From: Achromobacter xylosoxidans
GTDB taxonomy: Bacteria; Pseudomonadota; Gammaproteobacteria; Burkholderiales; Burkholderiaceae_B
NCBI GenBank assembly: GCA_040396375.1
Contig: JBEBOQ010000011.1
Span: forward strand, 3,744-67,743
Direction: 5' to 3'
Length of the DNA stretch: 64,000 bases
Positions 9,603-19,330 of the stretch are shown one piece after another; positions within the stretch are counted from its first letter, which is position 1, and every line of letters starts with the position of its first letter. A model generated the notes under the pieces. It made no database searches and was not told the DNA's origin. It saw only the letters and a list, made by a program, of their open reading frames with translations. The position numbers and the translations under genes were made by a program.

Positions 9603-10270
9603 CGCTTTCCTCCATATCGTTGCAGGCGGGCCTCCAGGCCGCGCACGCCCCATGCCGCGATCAGGCTCAGCGCCAGGAACAGCGCGCCGACCAGGGTCAG
9701 GGGTTCGGTGTAGCGGAAGGTGGTGGACCCGATCATCTTGCTTTGCTGCAGCAGTTCCACCACCGTGATCGCCGACAGGAGCGGCGTGTCCTTGAACATG
9801 GCCACGAGATAGTTGCCCAGCGCCGGCACCACCGGCGGAATCGCCTGCGGCAGCACCACGCCCACGGCGGTGCGCCAGGGCGACATGTTCAACGCCCGCG
9901 CCGCTTCCAGCTGACCACGCGGCACGGCCTCGATGCCGGCGCGATAGACCTCGGCGCAATAGGTGGCGTAATGCAGCCCAAGCGCCACGATGCCGGTCGC
10001 CAGCGGCGACATCTGCACCCCGGTCAGCGGCAGCACATAGAACAGGAAGTACATCTGCACCAGGAGCGGCGTGCTGCGCACGAACTCGATGACGAAGGCC
10101 GTGGGCAGCGACACCACCATCAAGCGCGAACGCCGCAGCAGGGCCAGCGCCAGACCCAGCGTCACGGCCACCAGCATGCCCAGCACGGTGGCCTGGACGG
10201 TGATGATCAGCGCCGAACCGAGCGTGGGCAGGATTTCCAGCGCGAAGGACCAGTCGAATATCGGTTTCAT
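9599..10270 (-). CDS. ehuD: Ectoine/hydroxyectoine ABC transporter permease
   Basis: FDWSFALEILP, EFVRSTPLLVQ and GNYLVAMFKDTPLLS. Confidence 0.85.
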   Translation of the reverse strand: MKPIFDWSFALEILPTLGSALIITVQATVLGMLVAVTLGLALALLRRSRLMVVSLPTAFVIEFVRSTPLLVQMYFLFYVLPLTGVQMSPLATGIVALGLHYATYCAEVYRAGIEAVPRGQLEAARALNMSPWRTAVGVVLPQAIPPVVPALGNYLVAMFKDTPLLSAITVVELLQQSKMIGSTTFRYTEPLTLVGALFLALSLIAAWGVRGLEARLQRYGGKR

Positions 10271-10920
10271 CGGACGCGGACCCTCCGTTCAAGCAGGCGC
10301 ACGCCGGCGGTGATGAGCAGCGCCACCGCGAAGTACAGCAGCAGCATGAGCGTGAAGATCTCGGTGGTGCGCAGGGTTTCGCTGCGCAGCAGTTGGCCGC
10401 GGAAGGTCAGGTCGGTGATCGTGATGAGCGACACCAGCGCGGTGTTCTTGAGCAGTTCGATCAGCAGGTTGCCGGCCGGCGGCAGCATGGCCGGAATGGC
10501 CTGCGGCACCACGATGCGGCGCATGATCTGGCCGCGCGTCAGGTTCAACGCCACGCCCGCTTCGCGCTGGCCCGGCGGCACCGCGCGGATCGCGCCGCGC
10601 ACCACTTCCGCGCCGTAGGCGCCGGCGTTCAGGGCCAGCACCACGATGCCCACCAGCATGGCCGGCAATTGCACGCCGAACAGCGGCAGCACGAAATAGA
10701 ACCAAAACAACTGCACCAGCGCCGACGTGCCACGGAACACCTCGACATAGACAGCCGCCAGCCAGCGCACCGGCCGCAACGCCGACAGACGCCCGATGCC
10801 TGCGGCCAGCGCCAGCGGCACGGCCAGCACCACGGCGCCCGCCATGATCTCCAGCGTCACGACCAGGCCTTCCAGCAGCGGCGGTATCAGCTGCGCAATA
10901 GACTCAGGGATGAGCGACAT
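10267..10920 (-). CDS. ehuC: Ectoine/hydroxyectoine ABC transporter permease
   Basis: YVEVFRGTSALVQLFW and GNLLIELLKNTALVS. Confidence 0.85.
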   Translation of the reverse strand: MSLIPESIAQLIPPLLEGLVVTLEIMAGAVVLAVPLALAAGIGRLSALRPVRWLAAVYVEVFRGTSALVQLFWFYFVLPLFGVQLPAMLVGIVVLALNAGAYGAEVVRGAIRAVPPGQREAGVALNLTRGQIMRRIVVPQAIPAMLPPAGNLLIELLKNTALVSLITITDLTFRGQLLRSETLRTTEIFTLMLLLYFAVALLITAGVRLLERRVRVR

Positions 10921-10929
10921 CGGCGCCCC

Positions 10930-11892
10930 CTATTGCGCGGCGCAGAGCTTGGCCGCCGTGACCCCGTTGGGCAGTTCCTGCGGCGTAAAGCCGAAGGGCG
11001 CCACCAGTTGCTTGTGCTCGTCGGTGCCGATGAACTTGGCCAGCTCGGCGTTGAAGGCGTCGGCAAACGCCTTGTCGTCGGGGCGGAAGGCATAGGCGCC
11101 GTAGCCGCGCACGCCCTTGCCATCGATCTCGGGATCGGTGAACGGCTCGGCCTTTTCCAGGCCGCTGCCCGCGTCTGTCTTGCCCATCAGGTCGTTGACG
11201 GTCAGGGCGGTGGCCGCATAGGCGTCCGCGCGCCCGGCCTGTACGCCAGACAAGGCGCTGACCGCGTCGGGAAACACCACCATCTGGCCGGCCGGCACTT
11301 TGACCTTGGACGCGTATTCGGCTTCGATCGCGCCGACCACCACGCCCAGCTTGGCGTCAGGGTTTTTCACCACGTCTTCATAGCTGTGCAGGTTCTTGGG
11401 ATTGCCTTGCTTGACCAGGAACGCCTGGCCCACGCCATAGGTGGGGTTGGAAAACGCCACCTGGCCGCAGCGTTCCGGCGTGACATACATGCCCGCCGCA
11501 ATGATGTCGAAGCGCTTGGCCTGCAGCCCCGGGATCAGCGAACCGAATTCGGTCAGTACGCCTTCCACTTCGTTGATGCCCATGCGCTTGAGCACCACCC
11601 GTGCGATTTCCACCGACTCCCCGGTGACCTTGGCCGCTTTGCTGTCCATGAAGGCAAACGGCGCCTCATTGGCGTAGCCGATACGGATCTTGCCCGCCGC
11701 CTTGGCGGCTTCCAGCGTGTTGGCGGCGGCTGCGGGGGCATTGCCGGCGGCGGTCTTGTCCGAACCGGAGTCGGAGCAGGCGGCCAGCAAGCCCAGGCTC
11801 AGGGCCAGCAATACCCGACGGGTCTGGCGCAAGGGAGCAGGTCGCAAAACGGGTTGGAGCAAAGGGGCAAGGCGCAAGTCAATTTCTCCCAA
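10930..11892 (-). CDS. ehuB: Ectoine/hydroxyectoine ABC transporter substrate-binding lipoprotein (start may be TTG at 11877)
   Basis: Lipobox LLAAC; IGYANEAPFAF and TEFGSLIPGLQAKRFDIIAAGMYVTPERC. Confidence 0.87.
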   Translation of the reverse strand: MGEIDLRLAPLLQPVLRPAPLRQTRRVLLALSLGLLAACSDSGSDKTAAGNAPAAAANTLEAAKAAGKIRIGYANEAPFAFMDSKAAKVTGESVEIARVVLKRMGINEVEGVLTEFGSLIPGLQAKRFDIIAAGMYVTPERCGQVAFSNPTYGVGQAFLVKQGNPKNLHSYEDVVKNPDAKLGVVVGAIEAEYASKVKVPAGQMVVFPDAVSALSGVQAGRADAYAATALTVNDLMGKTDAGSGLEKAEPFTDPEIDGKGVRGYGAYAFRPDDKAFADAFNAELAKFIGTDEHKQLVAPFGFTPQELPNGVTAAKLCAAQ

Positions 11893-11964
11893 ATTTATTT
11901 CTAGGTATATAGCTTCGCTAAAAATGATACGACATTAAATCATTTCACTTCTAATGATATGGAC

Positions 11965-11993
11965 AAAAAAAAGCAGGCCGCAGCCTGCTTTTT
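11965..11993 (-). terminator. Intrinsic terminator downstream of the SBP gene
   Basis: AAAAAAAAGCAGGC-CGCA-GCCTGCTTTTT. Confidence 0.8.
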
Positions 11994-12073
11994 GCCTGTC
12001 CTGCCCTATGGAGGGTTAGAACACGTTACGAAGGGTAGACGACTATGTCGTCCCCTATTTCCGCCCTACCCGG

Positions 12074-13228
12074 CTACTGCGCGTACGAGAATTTGCCGTC
12101 ACGCACGACGCCCATGACGCGGGCGCGCTCGTCAAAGCCCTGGTGATTGTCCTTGGAAATATTCAGCACGCCGTTCGGGACGATCAGGTCGCGGGTGTTT
12201 TCCAGGGCATCTCGCAGGGCGGCGCGGAATTCCGGCGTACCCGGCTTGGCGCCGGTCTTGAGCGCGCGCGTGACTGCCGAATCCAGCAGCATCCAGGCGC
12301 CGTAGGCGTCACCGGCGAACTGGGTCAGCGTGTTGGCGCCGTACTGGCGCTCGTACTGGTCGGCGAACGCCACGGCCACTTTCTTGACCGGGTTGGAGTC
12401 GGGCAGCTCGCGCGCCACCACGCCGGGGCCGGTGGGGAACAGCGTGCCTTCGACATCCTTGCCGCCCACCTGTAGGAATTCCAGCGTGCCGATGCCATGG
12501 GTCTGGTAAATGGTGCCGGTATAGCCGCGTTCAAGCAGCGTTTTTTGCGGCAGGGCCGAGGGCGTGCCCGCACCGGCGATCAGGACTGCGTCCGGCTTGG
12601 CGGCGATGACCTTGAGCACCTGCCCCACCACCGATGCGTCGGTGCGCTGGAAGCGTTCTTGCGCCACGATCTTCAGGTCGGTGCCGGCGGCGGCCGAGAA
12701 TTCCTTCCACCAGCTGTCGCCGTAGGAATCCGCGAAGCCGATGAAGGCCACGTTCTTCAGGCCTTTCTTTTTCATGTCGTCGACCAGCGCGGTGGCCATC
12801 AGCGAATCGTTCTGCGGCATCTTGAAGGCCCAGGCGCGCTTGGGGTCCGACATCGGCTCGACGATGACGCTGGAGGCGGCCAGCGCGATCATCGGCGTGC
12901 GGGTTTCGGCCAGCACGTCCAGGGCGGCCAGCGCCGCGGCGGTGGTGTTGGGCCCGACGATGGCGTCGACCTTGTCCTCGGACGTGAGCTTGCGCAGGTT
13001 CTTGACGGCCCGGCTGACGTCCGTGCCGTCGTCCAGCACCACGTAGCGCGCCGGTTGGCCGCCCAACGTGGCGGGCCACAGGCGGATCGCGTTGTTGGTC
13101 TGGATGCCGATCGACGCGGCCGGGCCGGTGGTGGACACATCCACGCCGATCACGATGTCGGCGTGGGCGGACAGAACCGGGACGACCAGCGCCACGGCGC
13201 AGGCAAAGCGAAGGAATGAGCGGGACAT
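12074..13228 (-). CDS. Orphan Liv/HAAT-type periplasmic substrate-binding protein
   Basis: Signal peptide (SAHA); STTGPAASIG, VLDDGTD and IGFADSYG. Confidence 0.88.
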   Translation of the reverse strand: MSRSFLRFACAVALVVPVLSAHADIVIGVDVSTTGPAASIGIQTNNAIRLWPATLGGQPARYVVLDDGTDVSRAVKNLRKLTSEDKVDAIVGPNTTAAALAALDVLAETRTPMIALAASSVIVEPMSDPKRAWAFKMPQNDSLMATALVDDMKKKGLKNVAFIGFADSYGDSWWKEFSAAAGTDLKIVAQERFQRTDASVVGQVLKVIAAKPDAVLIAGAGTPSALPQKTLLERGYTGTIYQTHGIGTLEFLQVGGKDVEGTLFPTGPGVVARELPDSNPVKKVAVAFADQYERQYGANTLTQFAGDAYGAWMLLDSAVTRALKTGAKPGTPEFRAALRDALENTRDLIVPNGVLNISKDNHQGFDERARVMGVVRDGKFSYAQ

Positions 13229-13266
13229 GTTGGCAACTCGCGGAAATGAAGAAAAAACGTATGCCG

Positions 13267-14211
13267 CTATTTTGCCTGACCGACGCGAGCCTCGTAGACC
13301 AGCGCGGCCAGCGTCAGGTCTTCCAGCGCGCTGCCCACGGCCTTGAACACGGTGATTTCGCGCGGGTCCGTGCGGCCCGGTGCCCTGCCCTGCACCAGAT
13401 CGGTCAGTGTGCCGCGGATGCCGTCACGCGCCAGCACGCCGGCCTGGAATGCAGCCAGCAGGTCACCTGCCTTGGTGGGAGCTTCGTCGGTATCCACATA
13501 CACGGTGGTGCCATCAAAGCAGGCCGTGTCGGTTTCGATCATGTCGGGTTTGAAGCTGCCGATCAGGTCCAGGTGGGTGCCGGGGCGCAGCCAGGCGCCG
13601 TGCACGAGCGGTTCGGTGGACAGGGTGGCGCAGCTGACGATGTCGGCCTGGCGCACGGCCTGCTCAAGGTCTGTAGTGCTGGTGGCGTCCAAGCCCTGTT
13701 CGCGCAGCGCGGCGGCCAGCGCGTCGGCGCCGGCCGGGCGCAGGTTCCAGACCAGCACCTTGTCGATGGGACGCACCGTGCGCATGGCCTGCGCCACCAG
13801 GCCGGCGATGCGCCCGGAACCCACGATGGTCAACACCCGCGCGTCCGGACGCGCCAGGTACGACGCACCCAGCGCCGCGGCACCGGCGGTGCGAAACACC
13901 GTGACCTGGTCGCCGTCCACCTGTGCCAGCGGCACGCCGGTGCGCGCGCTATAGAGGTTGTAGGTGGCATGCAGGCCCGGCAGGGACTGGCGCGTGTTCT
14001 CGGGAAAGATGTTGATGACCTTGACCCCGAAATAGCCCTGCTCGTTCCAGGCCGGCATGATCAGCGTGGTGCCGTGCGCGCCGCCCGATTCGATGGCGTG
14101 CACGTGGCGCGGCGGTACGTGGGCGCCTTGGCGGAAGGCTTCGCGCAAAGCCGGAATCGCCGCGTCGAACGACAATGCGCGGCGGGTTTGTTCGGTGTCG
14201 ATCACTACCAT
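13267..14211 (-). CDS. Ornithine cyclodeaminase/mu-crystallin family (possible pyrroline-2-carboxylate reductase)
   Basis: LIMPAW...GVKVINIFPEN, FRTAGAAALG and FKAVGSALEDL. Confidence 0.88.
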   Translation of the reverse strand: MVVIDTEQTRRALSFDAAIPALREAFRQGAHVPPRHVHAIESGGAHGTTLIMPAWNEQGYFGVKVINIFPENTRQSLPGLHATYNLYSARTGVPLAQVDGDQVTVFRTAGAAALGASYLARPDARVLTIVGSGRIAGLVAQAMRTVRPIDKVLVWNLRPAGADALAAALREQGLDATSTTDLEQAVRQADIVSCATLSTEPLVHGAWLRPGTHLDLIGSFKPDMIETDTACFDGTTVYVDTDEAPTKAGDLLAAFQAGVLARDGIRGTLTDLVQGRAPGRTDPREITVFKAVGSALEDLTLAALVYEARVGQAK

Positions 14212-14460
14212 CTGTATCCAATGCCTGTTCGGGTTAAGCCAGGGCGAAGTGTGACGGCGCCGTGCTGCGCTGGCAAGGCGTAGCGGCCGCAGCCGTTACA
14301 TCGGCTTGCCGTTGCGCGGGGCCCGTTTGCATGCCTGCGCGGCCTGCGGGCCGTATCATGGTCCATGCCCCTTCCGGCACCGCGCGCCGCCGCCAGGCGG
14401 CCCGCGCCTCCCCACTGGACGCGTCCGCAACGGGCGCGTTCCCCCCTAAAGGAGTCACGC

Positions 14461-14886
14461 ATGAAGAAAACCGCAACTGCCGCCTGGTCGGGCGATCTGA
14501 AGACGGGCAAGGGTACGATTTCCACGCAAAGCGGCGCGCTCAAGAGCCAGCCTTACGGCTTTAACACCCGCTTCGGCGACACCCCCGGCACCAACCCCGA
14601 AGAACTGCTGGGCGCCGCCCACGCCGGCTGCTTCACCATGGCGCTGTCCAACATCCTGGGCGAATCCGGCCTGGTGGCCAAAAGCCTGGATACCAAGGCC
14701 GAAGTCACGCTGGACAAGTCCGACGACGGCTTCGCCATCACCGCCGTGCACCTGACCGTGGAAGCCGTCATTCCCGGCGCCAGCGCGCAGGCCTTTGAAG
14801 AAGCGGCCCGCAAGGCCGAAAAGGGGTGCCCCGTGTCCAAGGTGCTCAACGCCAAGATCACCATGGACGCCAAGCTCAAGTCCTGA
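14461..14886 (+). CDS. osmC: OsmC peroxiredoxin
   Basis: GTNPEELLGAAHAGCFTMALS and CPVSKVLNA; AAGGAG RBS. Confidence 0.95.
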   Translation: MKKTATAAWSGDLKTGKGTISTQSGALKSQPYGFNTRFGDTPGTNPEELLGAAHAGCFTMALSNILGESGLVAKSLDTKAEVTLDKSDDGFAITAVHLTVEAVIPGASAQAFEEAARKAEKGCPVSKVLNAKITMDAKLKS

Positions 14887-14984
14887 CCGGCGTCACCAAG
14901 TCCCGTTGCGGGCGGCGCCATTGGGCCGTCCTATCCGGGACTTGTTGAAAATCAATTTGACGGTCATGCCTGAGTTATGGAAAA

Positions 14985-14999
14985 TGAGAACCATTCTCA
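14985..14999. promoter_or_regulatory. Fur-box-like 7-1-7 inverted repeat in the mntH promoter
   Basis: TGAGAAC-C-ATTCTCA, about 10 bp upstream of the start; TTGACG -35-like hexamer at 14957-14962. Confidence 0.7.
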
Positions 15000-15008
15000 G
15001 GAAAAACC

Positions 15009-16298
15009 ATGACCCGATTCATCTATGCGATCTCAGGCGGCAAGGCGGCGTACGCACAAGACGCCCAGGTGACGGCCAACCTGCGCCGGGTGGTCGGATC
15101 GGGCATCCTGGTGGCCGTGGGCTACATCGACCCGGGCAACTGGGCCACCGACATCGCCGGCGGTAGCGGCTTTGGCTACGGCCTGCTGATGGTCGTGATC
15201 GCATCGGCCATCCTGGCCCTGGGCTTCCAGGTACTGGTGTCGCGCCTGGCGTTGGCCACCGGCGAAGACCTCGCCACCCTCACCGCCCGTCATCTTTCCC
15301 CGCGCATGTCCAAGGCCGCCTGGCTGGCCGGCGAAGCCGCCATCCTGGCCACCGCGTTGGCCGAGCTTATTGGCGGCGCCATCGCGCTGCGCCTCTTGTT
15401 CAACCTGCCGCTGATTGGCGGCGTGGCCGTCACGGGCGTGGGCACCTTCGCCGTGCTGGCCCTGACCCGCGGCAACGCCGATCGCCACGAGCGCGTGATC
15501 GCCGTGCTGCTGGCGGTGGTGGCGGCGTCGTTCGTATTCCTGCTGTTCAAGGCCAATCCCGTCTGGACCGACGTGGCCCACGGCGTGACCCAGACCGGCC
15601 ACGCGCTGCGCAACCCGCAGGGCTTCCTGATCGCGCTGGGCATCCTGGGCGCGACCCTGATGCCGCACAACCTGTACCTGCATTCCGGTTCGCTGGCGCA
15701 ACGCGCCCGCGTGCTGCCCCCTGAAGCGCGCGACATGGCCATGCGGGTGGCGCGCAACGACACCGTGGTGTCGCTGGGCCTGGCGATGCTGATCAATTCG
15801 GCCATCATGATCGTCGCCGCCGCCTCGTTGTCCGGCTCGGGCTTGATCGTATCCAGCCTGGACGACGCCCATGCCGTGATCGGCCATACGCTGGGCATCG
15901 GCGCCGCCATCGTGTTCGCGGTGGCGCTGTACGCCGCCGGGCAAAGCTCCACCATCACCGGCGTGCTGGCCGGCCGCATCCTGTCGCAAGGCTTCCAAGT
16001 GCGCAGCGGCTGGTCCGACCGCCGCCGCGCGCTGGCCACGCGCCTCATCGCTGGCGCCGCCGCCGTGGGCCTCCTGATCTTCACAGGCGGCCAGGATCCG
16101 GACGAATTGCTGGTGCTGAGCCAGGTCATCCTGAGCCTGGCGCTGCCCTTCGCGCTGGGCCCGCTGGTGCTGCTGGCCTGCCGCAAGAGCCTGATGGGCC
16201 GCTACGCGTTGCGCGGCGCCTGGGCCTGGGCCGCCGTCATCGCCACGGTCGGTATCGTGCTGCTGGACGGCTACCTGCTGGTGGACATGGTGGTGTAA
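15009..16298 (+). CDS. mntH: Nramp family divalent metal transporter MntH
   Basis: GYIDPGNWATDIAGGS and GATLMPHNLYLHS signature motifs. Confidence 0.92.
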   Translation: MTRFIYAISGGKAAYAQDAQVTANLRRVVGSGILVAVGYIDPGNWATDIAGGSGFGYGLLMVVIASAILALGFQVLVSRLALATGEDLATLTARHLSPRMSKAAWLAGEAAILATALAELIGGAIALRLLFNLPLIGGVAVTGVGTFAVLALTRGNADRHERVIAVLLAVVAASFVFLLFKANPVWTDVAHGVTQTGHALRNPQGFLIALGILGATLMPHNLYLHSGSLAQRARVLPPEARDMAMRVARNDTVVSLGLAMLINSAIMIVAAASLSGSGLIVSSLDDAHAVIGHTLGIGAAIVFAVALYAAGQSSTITGVLAGRILSQGFQVRSGWSDRRRALATRLIAGAAAVGLLIFTGGQDPDELLVLSQVILSLALPFALGPLVLLACRKSLMGRYALRGAWAWAAVIATVGIVLLDGYLLVDMVV

Positions 16299-16301
16299 CG
16301 C

Positions 16302-17351
16302 TCACCACACGGTGCCGCGAGGCGCCGGCCCGGGCAGCGACGGAAAATGCGGCAGCACGTCTTCGGCCAGCTCCTGGATGACCTGCGGCGCGGGCCGTTC
16401 CGAAAACTGGATACCCAGCGCGGCGTGGTTTACGCCGGCTGCCTGCCATTCACGCAGTAACTCGATCAATCCCACCCGCCCCGTGCGCAACACATAGCCG
16501 CCTTGCAGCGGCGTGCGCGGGTGCATCGGGTCCTCGACCAGATCCAGCCATTCGTTGGTCATGTGAGGCCGAAAGCCGCCGTCGGGAATGCGTTCCCGCC
16601 AGGCCCGGATATTGCCGGCCAGCCGCAACGGACCGGCCGGCCCATGGGTCGGGCCAGGATAGGTCAACCAGCCGTCCGCCTGCTCGCCAATCCATGCCGG
16701 AGATTGACCCGCGCCACCGGTGACCATCAACGGAATGACGCCAGCGACGGGTTTGGGCAACAGCAGCGCGCCGCGCTGCGTCTGCCCCAGCGGTGATTGG
16801 ATGGCGTCGCCCGCGCCGGCGAGCAATTCGCGAAAATAGCGCACAGCCTGCTCAAAGCGCTGCGCGCGCGCGGCGTGCGCCAGGCCATAGGCGGGAAACT
16901 CCGCCGGCCGGTCGCCCGAGGCAATGCCCATCACCAGCCTGCCGCCCGAAAGCTGGTCTATCGTCGTCGCGGCTTTGGCCAGATCGATCGGATGGCGCAG
17001 CGAAAAGATGGCGCTGCCGGTGGCCAGTGCAATCGAGCGCGTTTTAGCGGCCAGGAACGCCAGATAGGTGAAGGGATCGAAAACCTGTCCGGCGTCGCCA
17101 AAGCTGGGGTCCATCAGCGGCACATCGCGTACCCAGACCGCGGCGAAGCCGCGTCGGTCGATGTCCGCCACCAGATCCGACTGGCCCGCCAACGCGTGCA
17201 GATCGCCACGGTAGAACCGGGTGGGCAGAAAGAGGCCCAGCGTCAATTCGCCCGGCGCGAACATGCGGCGGTAGCCGGGATGCGCGGCGAACGCCTGCGA
17301 GGACGCGCCGCCCAGGGCAGGCGTTGCGGGGGGTTGTGGGGTGTTCAACAT
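16302..17351 (-). CDS. LLM-class (luciferase-like) flavin-dependent oxidoreductase, TIGR03571-like
   Basis: GFAAVWVRDVPL...DAGQVFDPF, LRHPIDLAK and GIASGDRPAEFP; start placed at the ATG following AGGA. Confidence 0.85.
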   Translation of the reverse strand: MLNTPQPPATPALGGASSQAFAAHPGYRRMFAPGELTLGLFLPTRFYRGDLHALAGQSDLVADIDRRGFAAVWVRDVPLMDPSFGDAGQVFDPFTYLAFLAAKTRSIALATGSAIFSLRHPIDLAKAATTIDQLSGGRLVMGIASGDRPAEFPAYGLAHAARAQRFEQAVRYFRELLAGAGDAIQSPLGQTQRGALLLPKPVAGVIPLMVTGGAGQSPAWIGEQADGWLTYPGPTHGPAGPLRLAGNIRAWRERIPDGGFRPHMTNEWLDLVEDPMHPRTPLQGGYVLRTGRVGLIELLREWQAAGVNHAALGIQFSERPAPQVIQELAEDVLPHFPSLPGPAPRGTVW

Positions 17352-17377
17352 GATGCGATTCCTATGCAGATCCGGGT

Positions 17378-18001
17378 TCAAGGCCCAACCGCTGGGGCCG
17401 GCAATGCCACGCCTCGCCGCACCGCGGGCCGCGACGCGACGCGCTCGTGCCAGGCGCTTAAATGCACATGGGCGCTGAAGTCAAAGCCGATGACCCGCGC
17501 GATATGCGTCCAGCCAAAATGCGCGATGTCGGCAATGGAATAGTCCTGGCCTGCCAGGAACGGGTGCCGCGCCAGTTGATGGTCCAGCACGCCGAAGGCC
17601 TCGTCGCACAATCGGCGGTAGCGCTCGATCGCCGCCGGCAACGGGGCGGCCGAGAAGATCTCGAAATGGACGCGCTGGCCGAGGATGGGGCCGACGCTGG
17701 CGGCATGGAACATCAGCCACTGAATGGCCTGCCAACGCGCTTGCGGCTCGGCGGGCAGCAGGCGTCCGGTCTGGTCGGCCAGATACAGCAAGATCGCCGC
17801 CGACTCGAACAGCGTTGTGCCGGTGGCGTGGTCCACCAGCACCGGAATACGCCCGTGCGGATTGAGCCTCAAGAATTCGGGCTGGCGGTTGTCGCCGTGG
17901 TCGATCTGCACGTGCTTGAGGGCGTACGGCTGTTCCAGCTCCTCGAGAGCGATGGTGATCTTGAAGCCGTTCGGCGAGCTGTCGGTGTAGAGGTCGATCA
18001 T
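17378..18001 (-). CDS. Glutathione S-transferase (YfcG/Nu-class-like)
   Basis: SPNGFKITIALEEL, NPHGRIPVL, FESAAILLYL and YSIADIA. Confidence 0.92.
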   Translation of the reverse strand: MIDLYTDSSPNGFKITIALEELEQPYALKHVQIDHGDNRQPEFLRLNPHGRIPVLVDHATGTTLFESAAILLYLADQTGRLLPAEPQARWQAIQWLMFHAASVGPILGQRVHFEIFSAAPLPAAIERYRRLCDEAFGVLDHQLARHPFLAGQDYSIADIAHFGWTHIARVIGFDFSAHVHLSAWHERVASRPAVRRGVALPAPAVGP

Positions 18002-18158
18002 GGCTGGCCCGTGGCATGGGCCGAGGGTCGAGGTAAGACTGCGGTCGTCATCAGAGAGGTCCTTTATGATTTAGTTTTTCTGGCCTGAATGATGGCCATT
18101 GCTCTCTATAATCGGAAGCGATCATTTCTCGCTTCATACTTTAGAAAAACTAAACTTA

Positions 18159-19046
18159 ATGATCTCCTCAGTTCCCTTGCAGGCGCTGCGCACGTTCGTG
18201 GAAGTCGGCCAACGCGGCAGCATCAAGGCTGCGGCGCAAGCGCTGCACGTGACCTCGGGCGCCATCAGCCAGCAGATCCGCCTGCTGGAAGAACGGGTCG
18301 GAATGCCGCTGTTCACGCGGGCAAGGCAAGGCCTGCGGTTGACGCGGGCCGGCGCGGATCTGCACCCGTCGCTATTGCAGGCTTTCGCCCAGATCGACCA
18401 GGCGATGGCCGAGCTGGCCGCCCGGCACGGCCAGCAAACATTGACGATCAGCACCGTGGCCACCTTCGCTGCCTCGTGGCTGGTGCCGCGTCTGGGCGGC
18501 TTCAAGCAGGCGCATCCGCACATCGAAATCCGCGTCGAGGCCACGTCGGCCCTGACGGACCTGCGTCGCGACCGGGTCGACATCGCGCTGCGCCATGGTC
18601 TGGGCGACTATCCCGGGCTGGAAAGCGTGCGCCTGATGGCTCCGGTGCTGGTGCCCGTGGCCAGCCCCGAGCGGGTGGCGCCCGGCGCCATCCGCGGCCC
18701 GGCCGACTGCCTGGACTACCCCTTATTGCACGATTCGGATCGCGCGGACTGGCCGCTGTGGCTGGCCGCAAGCGGCGTGGCAACGGACCCGCGCGCGCAG
18801 CGCGGAACGGCCTTCGAAGACGATTTCCTCTTGATTCGGGCAGCGGAATCCGGCCAGGGACTGGCGTTGGTACCGCAGCAATATGCCCAACAGGAAATCG
18901 CGGCGGGCCGCCTGGTACAGGTACTGGACAAACCGTGGCCGGCCAGGTTCGCCTATTACGCGGTCACCCTGCCCGGCGCCGCTGGCCGGCCTGAGGTCCG
19001 CGCGTTTCTGGATTGGATCGCCGACGAGGCGGCGCGCGTGACTTGA
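18159..19046 (+). CDS. LysR family regulator (GcvA-like), divergent from GST-LLM
   Basis: LQALRTFVEV...LHVTSGAISQQIRLLEE and WLVPRL. Confidence 0.92.
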   Translation: MISSVPLQALRTFVEVGQRGSIKAAAQALHVTSGAISQQIRLLEERVGMPLFTRARQGLRLTRAGADLHPSLLQAFAQIDQAMAELAARHGQQTLTISTVATFAASWLVPRLGGFKQAHPHIEIRVEATSALTDLRRDRVDIALRHGLGDYPGLESVRLMAPVLVPVASPERVAPGAIRGPADCLDYPLLHDSDRADWPLWLAASGVATDPRAQRGTAFEDDFLLIRAAESGQGLALVPQQYAQQEIAAGRLVQVLDKPWPARFAYYAVTLPGAAGRPEVRAFLDWIADEAARVT

Positions 19047-19060
19047 TCCGTGGCAGACAT

Positions 19061-19094
19061 AAAAAAACGCCAGCTTGCGCTGGCGTTCTTCTTT
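19061..19094. terminator. Bidirectional intrinsic terminator
   Basis: AAAAAAACGCCAGC-TTGC-GCTGGCGTTCTTCTTT between convergent genes. Confidence 0.8.
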
Positions 19095-19108
19095 GGCCGG
19101 GCTAGGAC

Positions 19109-19330
19109 TCAGCGGCGGGAAGACACCACCGGGTGCTGGCGACGGCCGGCGTCCATGTCGTGCAGCACTTCGCCGACAGCGCCGCCCAGCTTGGCCAGGC
19201 GCAGCTTCAGCCGGCGCCAACCCATGCGGGAAAACGGGCCGGACAGGGTTTCCGCCTTGATGGCCTCGCGGATCAGGGACCGCTCCAGCGCATCCGACAT
19301 GCGGGCATTTTTCAACGCGGTATCGCTCAT
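19109..19330 (-). CDS. Small hypothetical protein (73 aa)
   Basis: AAGGAGAG RBS before ATG; own promoter-like region upstream and terminator downstream. Confidence 0.7.
   Translation of the reverse strand: MSDTALKNARMSDALERSLIREAIKAETLSGPFSRMGWRRLKLRLAKLGGAVGEVLHDMDAGRRQHPVVSSRR

Noticed and set aside
8832-11892. ehuABCD as a novel system
   Set aside because: A well-described ectoine/hydroxyectoine importer; no unusual architecture seen.
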